Source: Chiloscyllium plagiosum
Taxonomy: Eukaryota
Assembly: GCF_004010195.1 (NCBI RefSeq)
Contig: NC_057734.1
Location: 45,209,605-45,273,604 of the forward strand
Length of the DNA: 64,000 bases
Direction of reading: 5' to 3'
The translations under genes and the position numbers were made by a program. How positions within the stretch are numbered: position 1 is the stretch's first letter; every line of letters begins with the position of its first letter. The notes below the pieces were generated by a model, which worked only from the letters and a program-made list of their open reading frames with translations, was not told the origin of the DNA and ran no database searches. Shown piece after piece: positions 25,359 to 40,300 of this stretch.

Positions 25359-26182
25359 ATGCGTTGCTGGAAATGCACAGCAGGTCGGGCAACATCGGAG
25401 GAGCAGGAAAAACGATCTTTCGGGTCGGAGCCCTTCATCAGGAATGTGGCTGGGAGCCTCGGGGGTTGAGAGATAACTGGGTAGAGAGGGTGGGGGGGGG
25501 GGGGGGCGATTGGAAAGAAGGTAGCTGAGAGTGGGACAGGTCATGAGAGCGGTGCTGGGCTGGAAGGTTGGAACTGTGGTAAGGTGGGGTGAGGGGAAGT
25601 GAGGAGACTGGTGAAGTCCACATTGATATCCTGAGGTTGAAGGGTCCCCAGGCGGAAGATAAGAACTTCTTCCTCCAGGAGTGGGGTGGTGAGAGAGTGG
25701 CAATGGAGGAGGCCCAGGACCTGCATGTCCCCGGGAGGGGAAGTTGAAATGTTCAGCCAGGGGGTGGTGGAGTTGATTGGTGCGGATGTTCTCTCAAACG
25801 CTCTGGGAGAAGGTGCCCACTCTCCCTAAAGTAGAGGAGCCTGCATCGCGAGCAACAGACACAATAAATGACGTGTGGAAGTGCAGGTGAAACTGTCTCA
25901 CTTGTCAATCTTCCTTTCCACCTATCCGCTGCACCCTCTCCTCCGATCTATCACCTTCACCCCACCTCCATTCACCTATTGCACTCTCAGCAACTTTCGC
26001 CCCACCCCAACCCCTCCCATTTATCTCTCCACCTCCGAGGCTCCCAGCCTCATTCCTAATGAAGGGCTCAGGCCCGAAACGTCGATTTTTCTGCTACTCG
26101 GATGCTGCCTATCCTGTTGTGCATTTCCAGCCAATACACTCTCAACTCAGATCTCCAGCAACAGCAGACCTCACTGTCTCCC
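25359..26182. mobile_element. Penelope-like element with inverted tails and 13-bp TSD
   Basis: TSD TGCTACTCGGGTA at 25346-25358 and 26183-26195; GIY-YIG C-terminal LEEEVLIFRLGTLQP. Confidence 0.85.
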
Positions 26183-27542
26183 TGCTACTCGGGTACTGAT
26201 GACCATTGAACGAAGTGATCTGTTTTAAACACCTGGATTCACTTCCGAACTTCTAAAGAAAACTCAGCATAAACCACACACTTTCACCCTGTCCCCCTAA
26301 AAAGACCGTCTGACAACAGTGCTGGCTGGGCCGTGTGCCTGGTCTGCCCAATGGAAAGCTACAGCTTATTCAAAAAAGCACTCAACAGATATTCTGCGCC
26401 AGAGACCCTCCAGAGAAAAAAAAGAATGAATATTAAAATCTTGATGACTGCATATCTCGCTTTTTGTTGCATTTCAGAGGATCTCTCCTGCTATTAAATC
26501 AAAAACAAATTGAATGATTCCCTCTGCTGGGTGAACTTTACAGATAACAGTTGATAATTAGGCTAGCATTATGTTTAAGACGGATCAATTTTATTAAATG
26601 AGGGACCATCCACATGAACCTTTAAACTCTCAACTTTTATGTATTGAATCATTGAATCGTACAGTACATAAGACACCATTTGACCCATCGACTCTCTGGC
26701 ACCTCATTTTGAGTGTGAAGAAAACAGATTATAAATCCATATGCAAACCCTGTCAAAATGCCATAGTCATTCAGTGGTACTGCCACTTTGAACATATCAG
26801 CAGGATTGTCTGGGCACTGTGATATTGTCAGAGAATTACAGAATTCCTACAATGCAACAAGATGCCAATTGGCTCTTTGAGTTTGTACCCGCCCTGCGAA
26901 GAGCATCCCACCAAGACCAGACTGGAAAAAACAGAGGCATGTGTTTGTGAGACATAAAAAAGCGCTCTTCAGAGAAAGAGGAGGATTCAATACTTTCAAA
27001 TCCATGCCAATCGCGTTAGCAAGAAAAGAAGCATTAATATACATTGACTAATATTGCTTAATATCGAGAAAGTAAAGACCCAAAATGCTAGGTAGCTCTG
27101 ATGGAGCTCATTGGCTCAACCATTTAATATAAGAAAATGCTTCACATGCTGGAAAAGAATACAGCTACGTGATGACATTGATTGGATTGGCTAAGGGGCA
27201 GTTTGCTCCATGCTGGTTGGGCCAGTTCAGCAGGAACTATCCAGAGTGAAGAAGCAGAAATAACAGTGGACAATAAAAGCAAGTAAACAAAACAATTCGA
27301 ACATGAAAAAAAATCTGCCTGCAACTGATCAAATTGAACGCAATCTACAGACAACAGCTTGGCCTCATTGCTAAAATCAAACAATCTGTGATAGAGAACT
27401 TAGCACATTCTTGCCACGTGAAATTTTGATGTTCAGAATTTTGTTTTCCCTGACTATGTATTTTCACACATAACATTTGCATCAAGCCACGGTCTTTTGT
27501 CCGCCTTATTTGTGAATATGTGAGCCTGTGTTGCTCTGTCAT

Positions 27543-27773
27543 CTAGGAGAAAGTGAGGACTGCAGCTGCTGGAGATCAGAGCTGAAAACGTGTTGCTGGA
27601 AAAGCGCAGCAGGTCAGGCAGCATCCAAGGAGCAGGAGAATCGACGTTTCGGGCATGAGCCCTTCTTCAGGAATGAGGAAAGTGTGCCAAGCAGGCTAAG
27701 ATAAAAGGTAGGGAGGCAAGTCCCTCCTCCTTGGATGCTGCCTGACCTGCTGCGCTTTTCCAGCAACACGTTT
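27543..27773. mobile_element. Short fold-back PLE-derived element with 12-bp TSD
   Basis: TSD TTGCTCTGTCAT at 27531-27542 and 27774-27785; hammerhead core on the minus strand at ~27643-27670. Confidence 0.82.
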
Positions 27774-30751
27774 TTGCTCTGTCATTTGTCAAACAATAAG
27801 TGTTTGCCAATAAACAATGTTTCTGCTCGTGCAAGTAAGATGTGAAATGCTTTTGTCGTGAATAAGTGAGTCAGCAAATTGCTCAATTTATTGATTTGAA
27901 GGGTTAAAATTAGGATTAACCCTAACTCAATCCTTTGTCTCAGGTTTTGAAACAGTGAAGCTCGATTATCGGCGCATTCGTTTAATATTGTCACAACTGG
28001 ATCATGGCAAGCAGAACTGTGTGTACAGCATTCTAAGCATGCCTTTACCGATGATGTTTCAGATGGCAAGAGTATCGCATTATTTCTTGCCCAATATTTT
28101 TCCACTAATGCATAGTAAATTCTCATTTGCGTTCACGAGCAGCAAGTGATATTGATATCGAATCCATTTATTGTCGAATAGATGGCCGTTCATTCTCGGC
28201 ACTTTTATTCATTAGTAATTAATAGCCCGTTACTCGATTCTTTATCCGAGTTTAAATTTACCAATATTGCATTTCATCTGCTAAACAGCTACACAGTTAT
28301 AAAATGCATTCAAATCATGCATTGGATTGCTCTGTTTGGCTGTGGAATCTGGCATTTGGCGTTCAATTGCAATGTTATAAATATTTTCTTTATTCTGTGC
28401 TCCAAATCACAAAGATATTAAATAAAACTTGTCCACAACAGAACATCGTTGGGCACCCAAAGGGATTTGGTGAGTTCGTTTGACTGGTAAATGGTTTACC
28501 ATGCAGCCTGGCATTAATAGCATTGTTTCAGTTCCTACATCGAATGGCGATTCCATGAAGGTCCTTTCTTCACCCCCTCTGGCGTCGTAACCTTCAGGTT
28601 AAACAATAATCGAACGTCTCCCTTGAAAGCTCTCCGAGGACACCATTTTCAAGAGTGTGAACCCCGATTCCTTTGCCATGTGAAGCATTTTGTAAGCATT
28701 AACAATTTATATGTTGCAATGAAAATATCTTTTAGTCCTATAAACTGCACTGAATATAGTCAGAGTCTGCTCAAGGAGCGAGTCTAGTGAACGTTTGATC
28801 GGCCCTCTCTGGAGCAAACATGGGCTTCTTTAAGTAAGGAGGCACAGTATGCCCACAGTTCTCCAGCTGTGGCATCAATAATGTCTTTGATAAGTGCGGC
28901 AAAACTTCTTTGGTCTAAAACTCAAATCCCTTGCCAATAAATGTTAACATACCACGTGCCTTCCCAACTGCCCGTTGTGCCCGCAAGTTAACTTACTGTC
29001 ATTCATTTATAAAGACACTCACGGCTCTCTGAATAGGAAGATCCCAGATTTTTACCATCACTTTTCTCATCAATGTTAATAACATCACATTTAGTCACAT
29101 TACTTTCTCTCTCTCTCATGTCCTTGCTCAAGCATCAAAGTTGTCCATCATCCCGACGTTCTTGAGCTCCTAATAACATCATTACTGAAGTTAGGTTCAC
29201 AGGCCTGGAATTCCTTATTTCTTTCTTCTACTTTTCTTAAATATAAAGATTATGTTTTTTTAACCATCAAATCCTCAGAGATTCTACCAACATACAATTA
29301 ATGCCATTCTGTACTTACTGTTGCTAATTCCCAAAGGTGCACGTCAATATGGATATTTTTCACAAAACTCCTCATAATTTTAAGCAACTCAACTATGTGC
29401 TTTGGCAATCTATCCTGCTTAATACATAATAATCCTGCACTGTCCAATCTGTCTTCATAACTGAAATTCTCCAGCACAGTCAACATCCTGGTAAATCCCT
29501 GCACCTTCTCCAGGTTTATCACATCTGGCCTGCAACAAGGACTCCACAATGCACACAATACCCTAATGTTCTATACAGTGCCAGCATAACATTGCTGCTC
29601 TTAAACTCAAAGCCTTAACTTCCAAAGGCAAATATTCCATGTGCCTTCTTAACCACTTTATTCACCTGTCCTGGCACCTTAAGGAACTGGTATGCATGCA
29701 CATCAAGGTCATCGGATCCTTAGTGCTTCCCTATATCATACCTCTCATCAAGCTAGAGGAAGGGAAGGAGTGGATAAATGAATTGTTCAATCATTTTCCT
29801 CCTTCCTCTATGGAGGCTAGGAGAGTAGTGCTTGGACTCTTTTTTTTAATATCACCCTATTGATAGCCATAATTTCTGAAAACCCCATCTGTTTCATGAA
29901 TGTCCTTCGAGGAAGGAAAACTGCCATCTTCACCTGTTCTGGCATACATGTGACTCCAGACCCACAGCAATGTGCTTGCTGTTCAATTTCCCTCAGAAAT
30001 GGCTTAGTAAGCCATTCAATTGTACCAATCTCTACATAGTCTCAACGAAGAAGTGAAACCGAGTGGATCACCTGGATTCCACCTAGGCAATGGAAAAGAC
30101 AATGGCAGAAACAACCCTGTTGACCCTGCAATGGTTTCCTTACTGACATCTGCTGGCCAGTGCCAAAATTGGGAGAGTTGTCTCACAGAATGGTCACGCA
30201 ACAGCCTGCCATTGCCATAGTCATTTACATGCAACTTCCCAGACACTACCATCATCATCCCTGGATATGCCCTGTCCCATCAATAGGACTGACCAGCAGA
30301 GCTGGCAGCACAGTGGTATGCATTCGGGAGGGAGCTGCCCTGGGAGGCCTCTACATTGACTCTGCACCCCGTGGATGCTCATGGCTTCAAGTTAAACATG
30401 GGTAAAGAAACCTCCTGCTGATTACAATGTCCCATCTTTCCTCAGCTGATGAATCGCTACTCCTCAAAGTTGAAGAATATTTAGAGGTAGCACTGAGGAT
30501 GGCAAGAGCACAAAATGTACTGTGGGTGGGGCATACCTATGTCCACCACCAACTTTGGCTCGGCAGCTGTACTGCAGATTGAGTTGGTCAGGTCCAAAAG
30601 GATGTAGATGCCAGATGGGTCTGTGGCAGGTGGTGAGAGAACCAACAAGAGGGGAAAGCATTCTTGACTCATCCTTACCAATCTCACAGCTGTGGAGACA
30701 AAGCCCCAGGTCTCATTTGGAATAACCTCATCGTGTTGTGTGGCACCATCA

Positions 30752-32207
30752 CACAAACTGGCTAAAGAACTACAATAGAAACTGAAACACCTGATCAGCG
30801 GATCCACACACTCTATACAGTCAACACAGGAATTCTTGGACATCATCAGAAATATACACATAGACAACTATGGTCTTATTTGATGTAGCGGCACTGTTCA
30901 CCTCTATCGACAAAACCCTAGCCAGGGAAACAATAGCCAACCTGCTGGACATGCAGAACAGGCAACAAGACCGGGAACCTATCAACAAAGACTGCATACT
31001 CAAACTACTGGACCTGTGCCTCACAACACACTTCGCATTCAACAACCAAACATATGAACAAATCAACGACACACTCATGGACTCACCCATCTCTGGACTC
31101 ATAGCAGCAGCGGTAATGCAAAGACTAGAACAAACAGTCTTACCGCAAATTCAACCCAAACTCTGGGTCAGATATGCGGATGACACCTTTGTAATCATTA
31201 AAAACACAGAAATAGAGAACACCCACCGGATCATCAACGCCACACTCACAGGAATCAGGTTCACGAGAGAGGAAGAAAAGGACAACCAACTCCCATTCCT
31301 AGACGTGATGGTACAGAGAACACCGAACGAAGAATTCACCACAAAGGTATACAGGAAAGCCATTCACACAGACCAAGTCCTAAACTACGAAAGCAACCAC
31401 CCCAACACACACAAAAGAAGTTGCATCAAGACACTGTTCAAAAGGACTACAGCACACCAGAACTGCAAAAAGAGGGAGAAGAACACCTATACAATGTATT
31501 CGCCTAAAACGGATACCCCCGCAATTTCATCAACAGATGCCTAAGGGAAAGGCAACAGAATGAGGACATGCCACAACCCAATGGACTAGCCACGTTACCA
31601 TACATCAAGAACACTAGGACTCATAACAGCACACAAACCAACAGCCACTCTCAGACAACAACTCACCAGGGCAAAAGACCCGATACCCAGCATGAGCAAA
31701 ACCAACGTAGTGTACAAAATCCCATGCAAGGACTGCACAAAACACTACATAGGACAAACTGGAAGACAGCTAACGAACCGTATCCATCAACACCAACTAG
31801 CCACGAAACGACACGACCAGCTATCCTGAGTAGCCACACACGCAGATGACAAGCAACATGAGTTCGACTGGGACAACACTACTATTATAGGACAAGCCAA
31901 ACAGATTACAACCAGGGAATTCCTAGAGGCATGGCACTCATCCACAGATTCTATCAACAAACACATCAACCTGGACCCGATATACCGGTCACTGCAGCGG
32001 ACAGCTGGAACTGACAACCGGAAGCGGCAGAGACAAACCACTATAAATGCCGGAGGAAACAACACAGAAGCACTTCACAGGAGGCTCCCAAGCACTGAGG
32101 ATGTCACCTAGACAGAGGACGAATCGTCTGCAACACAAATTCCCAGCTCGGCGAACAGAACACAACATCGAGCACCAGAGCTACAAATCTTCTCACAAAC
32201 TTTGAAC
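30752..32207 (+). mobile_element. 5'-truncated Penelope (Poseidon-like) element: RT plus GIY-YIG
   Basis: FDVAALFTSI...WVRYADDTF...LPFLDV; YIGQTGR in another frame; absent at the paralogous site ~6935. Confidence 0.92.
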
Positions 32208-35200
32208 TGTGTTAAATGAGCCAGACTTTGGACACATGTACCAACTCAGCACCGGGCATCCATGAGGCTCTGTGGGCCATCAACAGCAGCAGAACTGTAC
32301 TCCAGCACAACCTGTAACCTCATGTCCTGACATATAACCCGTTCATCTAGGGGAGATTGCAGGAGGGCATTCCAGGAGCAGCACTAGACATACCTGAAGA
32401 TGATGTGCCAAGCTGGTGAAGCCAGCAACAGGACTGTTTGCATGCCAAACAGTATAAGCAGCAAGTGATAGAAAAAGATAAGCGGTCCCAAACCAACAGA
32501 TCAGATCTAAGTTCCGCAGTCCTCCCACATCCAGTCAAGAATGATGGTAGACGATTAAACAACCCACTGGAGCAGGAGGAGGGTCCACAAATATCCCCAT
32601 TATCAATGATGGACGAGCCCAGCATAGAAGTGTGAAAGATAAGGCTGAAGGTTTTGCACCAATCTTCAGACAGAAATGCTGAGTGGATGATCCATCTCGA
32701 CCTGCTCCAGTGGTCCCCAGCACGGCAGTTACCAGACTTCAGCCAATTCGAATCACTCCAGTTGATATCAATAAACAGTTGGAGACACTGGATGCTGCAA
32801 AAGCCGCCGGCCCAGATAACATTCTCGCAATAGTTTTGAAGACTCATATTCCAGAGCTTGCCACCTCCCTCTCGAAGCTTTGATAGTAGAGTCACAACAC
32901 TGACATATACCCGACAATGCAGAAAATTGCCCACGTGTGTCTTGTACATAAAAAGCAGGACAGATGTATCCCGGCCAAATACGCCCTCTCAGTCTATTCT
33001 AAGTCAGCAGTAAAGTAATGAAAGGTGTCATCATGGTGTTATCAAGCAGCACCTGCTGAACAGTAACCTGCTCAGTGATGCCCATTTTGGCTTCTGCCAG
33101 GGCCATTCAGCTTCTGACCTCATTACACTATAGGTTCAAACATGGACAGAAGAACTGAAATGCAGATGTGAAGTGAGAGTGACAGTCATTGACATCAAGG
33201 CTTTGAACCGAGTGTGGCATAAAATTATCCCAATTTAATGATGCTGTTCCAATTACTTGCAAGAATCCAGAAAAGACACCTCTTGGCACAAAATGTAAAA
33301 TCAAGTACAGTGTCTTACACGAGAGAAGTCAGAGAGTACCAATCTGGACCTGCGTCTTCGAGTCCAGCAGCTTTTTTCATACTATTGTTAAAAAGCTAAA
33401 CCAAGCCAGAGTTAACTGAGCTGCGAGAACTGGCCTCTCCCCTTTCATTGTACAAGTTGTTTTTTTAGAACATGAAAACTTTCTGCCTGAAGCAGTGTCT
33501 GTTAGCTATAATCAAATTGACCTTGAAACCATTCAACCACAGACTTTTCCGAATCTGTTCTCTTTTATGACGTCTCTAAAAAAAGAAAACTAAGTTCAGC
33601 ATACCCTTGTTAAAGGAGCAGCATCGTCACACAGTAAAATTCTCTTCAATATTGATTACACTGTCCTGACCTATAGCCAGTCAGTCTTGCAATATATAAC
33701 TTTTTTCAGAGGGGACACAGTTCTTTAGACTACACATCAGTTTGGCAAAAACCAAACCATTTCATTAGCCTGCTTTCCAAGACAAATATAAACCACCAAG
33801 CATCTGGTGACCTTCCATCCATCATGAGGTCAGAAGTGAGCATGCTTGCTGATCATTGCACCATGTTCAGAACCATTCACAACTTTTCAGATACTGAAGC
33901 AATCCATGTTCAAATGCAACAAGATCTGGTCAGAGGCTAGGAAAACATGTAGCGAGTGCTTATCCCCTGACTCCCCAAAATCTGTTAATCAATTACAATT
34001 CACAAGTCGGGAGTGTGACGGAATATTCGCCACATGCTTGGATGGATGCAGCTCTTACAACACTGAAGAAACTTGAAACCATCCAGAACAAAGCAGCCTT
34101 CTTAACTGGCACCCAATTCAAAAGCATTCATTCCCTCCACCACCAAATCTCAGTAGCAAAAGTGTGTATTATCGATAAGATGCACTATAGAAACCCAACA
34201 AAAGCACTTTCACAGCACCTTCCAAACCCATGACAACTTCCTTTTAAAAAGGACAAGGGCAGTACATATATGGGAACACCACGACCTGCAAGTTCCCCTC
34301 CAAGCTAATCACAATTCTAACTTGGAAAAATATCACTATTCTTTCACTGTCGTCAGATCAAAGTCCTGGAATCCACTCACCACACCACAAACGCCCAAGA
34401 GGGGGTCAAATCACAGCACATAGACCACAATGGTTCATGATGGCAGCTCATCACCTCTCAAGAGAAAATGAGAGATGAGCAATAAATGCTGGCCAGACAG
34501 CTATGCCCACGTCCCATGAATGATTTTTTAAAACCAAAACTCTTCTCTAGATGAGGAAATACTGGTTTGAAAGGATAGCAAGCAGGGATCACATTTAACT
34601 TGGAAGAAGTTTACAATTTGTTTGCAAATGCTCTCAAGCTATATGTGAGTTGTCACACAATTCTCGGCAGACAGTAGAACTGGGTGATTAGATCTTGAAA
34701 ACATTGTGGAGAAAGGTTGTGCAAATATTTTTTTTCTCTTCATGAATAAGCCCTCTACCATAAACAAGAATACATCAGCATTAGGTGGAGCAGGGGCAAT
34801 GTGGATCCACGACCATCTGACATTGGCAACTGGTCAATTAGATTGCTATAACTAATGAACATCTACCAAATAATCTGTGCAGTATACAAAATGGCAGGGG
34901 AAGTTGCTTTGACAGCAAGACATTTTTTTTTTGAATGCCAATTACTGACAAACTTACACTCATGAAAATCATTCAACCAAAGGGTTAGTCCGAAATGGTA
35001 GATCTGGAATGGTCTGATTGATTCAAATAGTCAATGAAAAGGAAAAGTCGGGAGTTTCACATCAGTTAAAGACAGTGAAGTAAGACACAACAGAGGTGGT
35101 TAACGTCTTGCATAGGGCTGTCATTTGCTATTTGATTCAGAATTATAGATTGTAAACAAATTATGAGCTTTTAAAAATGAAATGTCTGGTTAAGAGCCTG

Positions 35201-36682
35201 AGGGAAAACAGCACGAACCCACGATGGGATGGTTATGATGGTGCATCCTATGTAAATGAGAGGAACCGCCAGTTTCTGTGATTAACATAAACAGTGTGGC
35301 CCGTTGGAATTATTATAAGATTCAATGAAACAGTCTCGGACTGAGATCTCATGGACTACACCTGAGGAGTGTGAAAGGGTCTTCATTACGTTATTCCGTC
35401 ATACCCAGACTGTGATGATAATTTGCCAGATTGGGGATGTCTCTGGAATATAAAGCTGATGAACTACAGCGGAAAACAAGAGGCTGGACAGCCTCTGGGA
35501 GAATTGTTTTGGCTGTAAGGACAGGCGATGTGCTATGATACATGTAACATTCAAGAAGCATGATACCACTCAGAACAAAGCAGCATGCTTGATTGTCCTT
35601 ACATCTGCAAACACTGACTTCCACCTACAGGGACTCTCAGTAGCACCCGTGCGTGCTTTCTACAAAATACTAGAGAAATTCACCAACCTCTTTCGACAGC
35701 AGGACAAGGGCATAGGAGCGACAATGTGCTGGCTCCATTTCTGAAGGAGTAATGAGGTATCTTACTCCGTCAATCAAACCTGGGTCACCAGAGAAATGGG
35801 ATTCATTCTGCCCTATTTTGTGATATATCGGCCCTGATGAGACGTACAATGAGCAATCGCCACGTTATATGAACAGCACTGGGATGGATATCAGCGTGAA
35901 TCTCCCCACTGTAGTCGAGACAACTGTGTGTAGCTTACTGTTATCACAATGAGGGATTCCTGGATATAAAAATACATCTTGGTCCCAGCCCTCTGTCACC
36001 CGCCTGGTGAAAATAAGCCCCGGTTTAAGCCTCGGACCGTGAGCGGACTCTTGTCCTTCCCATTGACATATTCATCTACAACTATTTACACTGAAGATTA
36101 TCCCAGTCCCTCTAAATGTTGGCACACTCAAAACAGCAATTCTTTTAGTTGCTCAATCTTGAAATTTGTCTCCGTTATTTATTTAATGGCTTGGATTTTT
36201 TTCTCTAGTCTGGTTTCACCTTCTTTGTCCAACTTGTGCGCACCTTCACTTTCGTTATGCTTTCTTGAATTAGTTACATTCAGAGCCGTTAAATCTGTTT
36301 ATTCAAAGACTCATGCTTTGCTCCACCACTCTCTATGGCTTTCCTCTCTGTTTATCAATTGCTTGGCGTTCCTTTGTTGAATGCTAAAATCATCGGACGG
36401 ATGTCTATGAGAGACATTAGACGTCTTTTTTATGTATGCATACATAGATTCACACACTCACAATCACCTTCGGTCTTACACACAAAATCCCTCTCTCTCT
36501 CTCTCTCTAGCACGCGCGAGCACACACACCATGCGGAACAGTATGTTTCTTCTGACCGTTGAGCACTTTGCACCATGTACTTTCGGGAGTCTTAAAGTGC
36601 TGAAATGAAAATAGATTTGACTCATTTTGACAGAAATGAAAGACGTTGAAATGAATGCTGCCTTTGACGTTCGATCGATTGT

Positions 36683-36761
36683 TTTATTGAACTGCTGTGT
36701 TGGAATAGATTCATAATTCTTCATTATTTAAGACACAATCACATTGTTCCTGTCTTTTATT
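36683..36761 (-). terminator. Gene 2 polyadenylation signals (AATAAA at 36756-36761 and 36683-36688)
   Basis: The proximal AATAAA is followed by GT-rich TGTGATTGTGTCTT about 12 nt downstream; position conserved in gene 3. Confidence 0.65.
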
Positions 36762-36978
36762 CAGATGTATAGATGCAAGCTAATAATCATTGCCATTTCA
36801 GTTAACACGGCATGTTTGTAAAATCCAATTACTTTTACAGACGGACATTTTCAGTACGATGAGCGTTTTTAAAATAAAAATTAACCGGAATGCAAATAAT
36901 TTCTACCGTATTGTTGCATGGGAGGTATGAACAGGAATAAACAAGCTTTCTCAATTGAGACAAGTGCAGTTTCCGAAA

Positions 36979-37301
36979 TCACACACAGCTCGATCTCGAG
37001 ATACTTGTCTGAAACGGAGTTGCTTGAGTCTCATGTTTAACCCCACAGGAGTAAAGATCGTGTGAGTTCCACTCCGAGGCTGATAGAGTCAGATAGCTGC
37101 TCACACTGAACGTGTTGTTCGTCTCCTGCTGGATCCGACTGGTCTCTACACCGTTCCCCTTGACACTGCCATCTACCGTCCACTCAATCTCCACAGCGCC
37201 CGGGTTAAAACCGCTCACCAAACACACCAGGGTCGCCGTGTTCTTTTCCATAATTTGAACCGATGAAGGCGGAAGGAGGGATACCGATGGTTTCCGCGGA
37301 C
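36979..37301 (-). CDS. IGLC: Gene 2 constant (C1-set) exon
   Basis: Acceptor TTTAAACAG|GT CCG CGG; ATLVCLV...EWTVDG...YSCGVKH motifs; penultimate Cys for the inter-chain bond; TGA at 36979-36981. Confidence 0.95.
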
Positions 37302-40300
37302 CTGTTTAAAATAAATTGGGTTCATGTGAGTTCAGAAACGACGTTTTCTAAACAGTAGATTTCTTCCAAGATAATACAACTTAAATTATGTCAATCATGG
37401 AATATACTAAATAGTTCACGTAGTTTTGCCTGAATTTTAATGTACTATATAATGCTTGAAGGACTGAATATAAGACGTTTTGGTTTTGGTGTGACGAAAT
37501 AAAATTTGGCATTCAATCTCGGGCTGGAGTGTTGCAATGGGTCTGACTAAATTTACAGAGACAGCCTCGCATGCTGTCTGACCTGCTGTGCTTTTCCAGC
37601 ACCACACTCTCGACTCTAATCTCCAGCATCTGCAGTCCTCACTTTCGCCTTACAGAGAAAATATATCTATTCTATTTTATAACGGCATCCCTTGAAAAAC
37701 AGAAGGAACACTTTAGCATACCTGCTGATGACACTGCTATTGAAATATCAAGCTTCTGCCAACTATTAGAAATAGTACTGATAGTATGAAAACATTAACA
37801 TATATTAAAGTTGTTTTGATCTGCTAACGTGAAGAAATTGTAATCAGCTTTATTACAAGTGGTCCGATCAGCTATTGCAAATGCAAAGCAGTTGAGTAAT
37901 AGTCAACTCTCATCTCTTCTTGATATTCAATGACATTTCTATCGCATTATACCTTCACTATCAATATTTGATGGTTACCATTGCCCAGAAACAGACCTAT
38001 TCCAGCCATGTACTTAAAATGACTACAAGAAAAGGGCAGTGGCAGGAAACCTGCGATGAATAACGCACGTCCTGATTCCTCCAAGTCTGGTCGCCATTCA
38101 AATGCAGTTTCCACTGCACTCTCCAAGCTCGGCATCATCCCAGACAAAGCAATCTATTTGACTGGCGCCCCATCGACCAGATAAAACATGATACCATGTA
38201 CAAGATGTACTGCCACAACTCATCAAGGCTCTGACAAATAGACGTTCCAAATCGAAATCTCTACTAACTGGAAGGATGTGGAAAGCAGATGCATGGGGAT
38301 ATCACCACCTGCAAGTTCTCCTACAAAACATACCCCATCCTGTGCTGGAAATACATCACCGTTAATTCACTATAACCGTTTTAAACTCTGGGTAAACCTT
38401 CCCATTTTACACCAGCTCTTCCACCCTCCCCCCACACCCCCCACCCCATCCCTCCATCGCGCACACATACTGTGAAAGAATGGGGTGCATAAGAAGTCAT
38501 AACGTCAGCAGAAATACCAACAGAACAGTGTAAACAAACTGACCGCCCATTAGCAATTGTTTTACTTTGTCACCAAGCTCAAAATCTCACCAATGCACAT
38601 TCATGCTGCTTGAATTGGAGATTTATATACCTGGATCTCCTTGAACAAGGATTACCTCGCAGAGATATTATGAAAAGTTAAGTCTATTATTTCAGTCAAT
38701 TAAATGGGCGGCACGGTGGCACAGTGGTTAGCACTGCTGCCTCGCAGCGCCAGAGACCCGGGTTCAATTCCCGACTCAGGCGACTGACTGTGTGGAGTTT
38801 GCACGTTCTCCCCGTGTCTGCGTGGGTTTCCTCCGGGTACTCCGGTTTCCTCCCACAGTCCAAAGATGTGCAGGTTAGGTGAATTGGCAATACTAAATTG
38901 CCCGTAGTGTTAGGTAAGGGGTAAATGTAGGGGTATGGGTGGGTTTCGCTTCGGCGGGTCGGTGTGGACTTGTTGGGCCGAAGGGCCTGTTTCCACACTG
39001 TAATCTAATCTAAAATCTAAATATTCCCAATTCCACTAATGCGGTATAGATTTTGATTCGGATTCGGTTTTCTCTACTCAGTGACCTCGAAATCACAAGC
39101 ACCTAAGATCAGACTCCAACAGGCGAAAGAACTGGAAATCTCGAGTGGAGTGCACTGGACTATCTGACAATAATCAGAGTGCAATAAAATGAGGTGACCG
39201 CACTCCTGACCTCATGCTCACAATATTCTGAGTTTAACAAGGCTGTGCACTGATTCAGGGTTTCACCAGATTTTGTTGATTACAATTAAGACCACTACAT
39301 GCGCCGATTTTATTGCCATTTCGCATACGCTTCTTCAGAGAAGCATTCATGCTTATTTGTGGAATACAGCTTTCTGTTGGATGCGTGTTGATGCGCAACA
39401 ACGTTTGAATTCACTCCCATTAGCATTCGGACAACTTTGTAGCTCAAAGCTGCTAAATTCAATGTAACTGTAATAGCAGCTAAGAGCACTAATAAAATCA
39501 AGAACGCAAAACAGTGAAGCCTAAAGGTACCAGTTCTGAACAACTGTCACTGGACATCTCTGCAGATGCTTCCAGATTTGTTGGTTTACTCCAGCAATTA
39601 GCCAATGCACAATAAACGAAGAGCTTCCCCGTTCCTTCAACTTCACTCTCTGCGCTCAGTCTCAATCAGCATTCGGACTGAACTTCCGTTGTAGCTCAAT
39701 ACTGCGAAATTCAATGCAACTGTAATCGCAGCTAAGAACGCTCAGGGAGCCGAGAACCAAAAAGACTGAAGGCTAAAGATACCAATTCTGAACAAGTGTC
39801 ACTGGACATCTCCGAAGATGCTGCCAGATCTGCTGGTATTCTCCACCAATGTCAGTTTCTGTTTCAGATTTCTACTGTCCGCAGTTCTGTCTTTACTTAA
39901 GGCTCACGTTACCACCATTTTTGACTTTTCAATACCCTTCGTGTCCTGAAAAGGGGGTTTACGTGGGGTTACTTTTCTCGTATCGCTCATCTATTCAAGC
40001 ACGTAGCGCTGGGCACCATCATTTTCACGTGAAAATCGCTACTATGTCTTTTTGATAAAAGAGACAAGAAAAAACATTACTGAGCTCGATCTCCTCACTG
40101 CCCATGGATCCACTCATTGTGTTCCCCGGCGACGATCGGCGACAGAAGTAAAGAGTCTGAAATATATAATTAAAATAACAAGGAACGTAGATTGTGGGCA
40201 TCTACGGCCAAAATTAAAAGAAATTTCTGGAGAAACTCAGCAAGTCTGGCAGCATCTGTGGAGAGAAAGCAGAGTTTACTTCAAGTTCTGATGAAGAGTG

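Larger units (their letters stand above)
1..25828. repeat. Tandem segmental duplication unit 1 (approximate; boundaries arbitrary)
   Basis: Position ~7 aligns to ~25831; unique blocks recur colinearly (2600-4400 vs 27150-29150; 13500-14760 vs 35750-36975 vs 61500-62630). Confidence 0.85.

Noticed and set aside
38706-38780. tRNA gene
   Set aside because: tRNA-derived head of an HE1-type SINE, continuous with the SINE body and tail.
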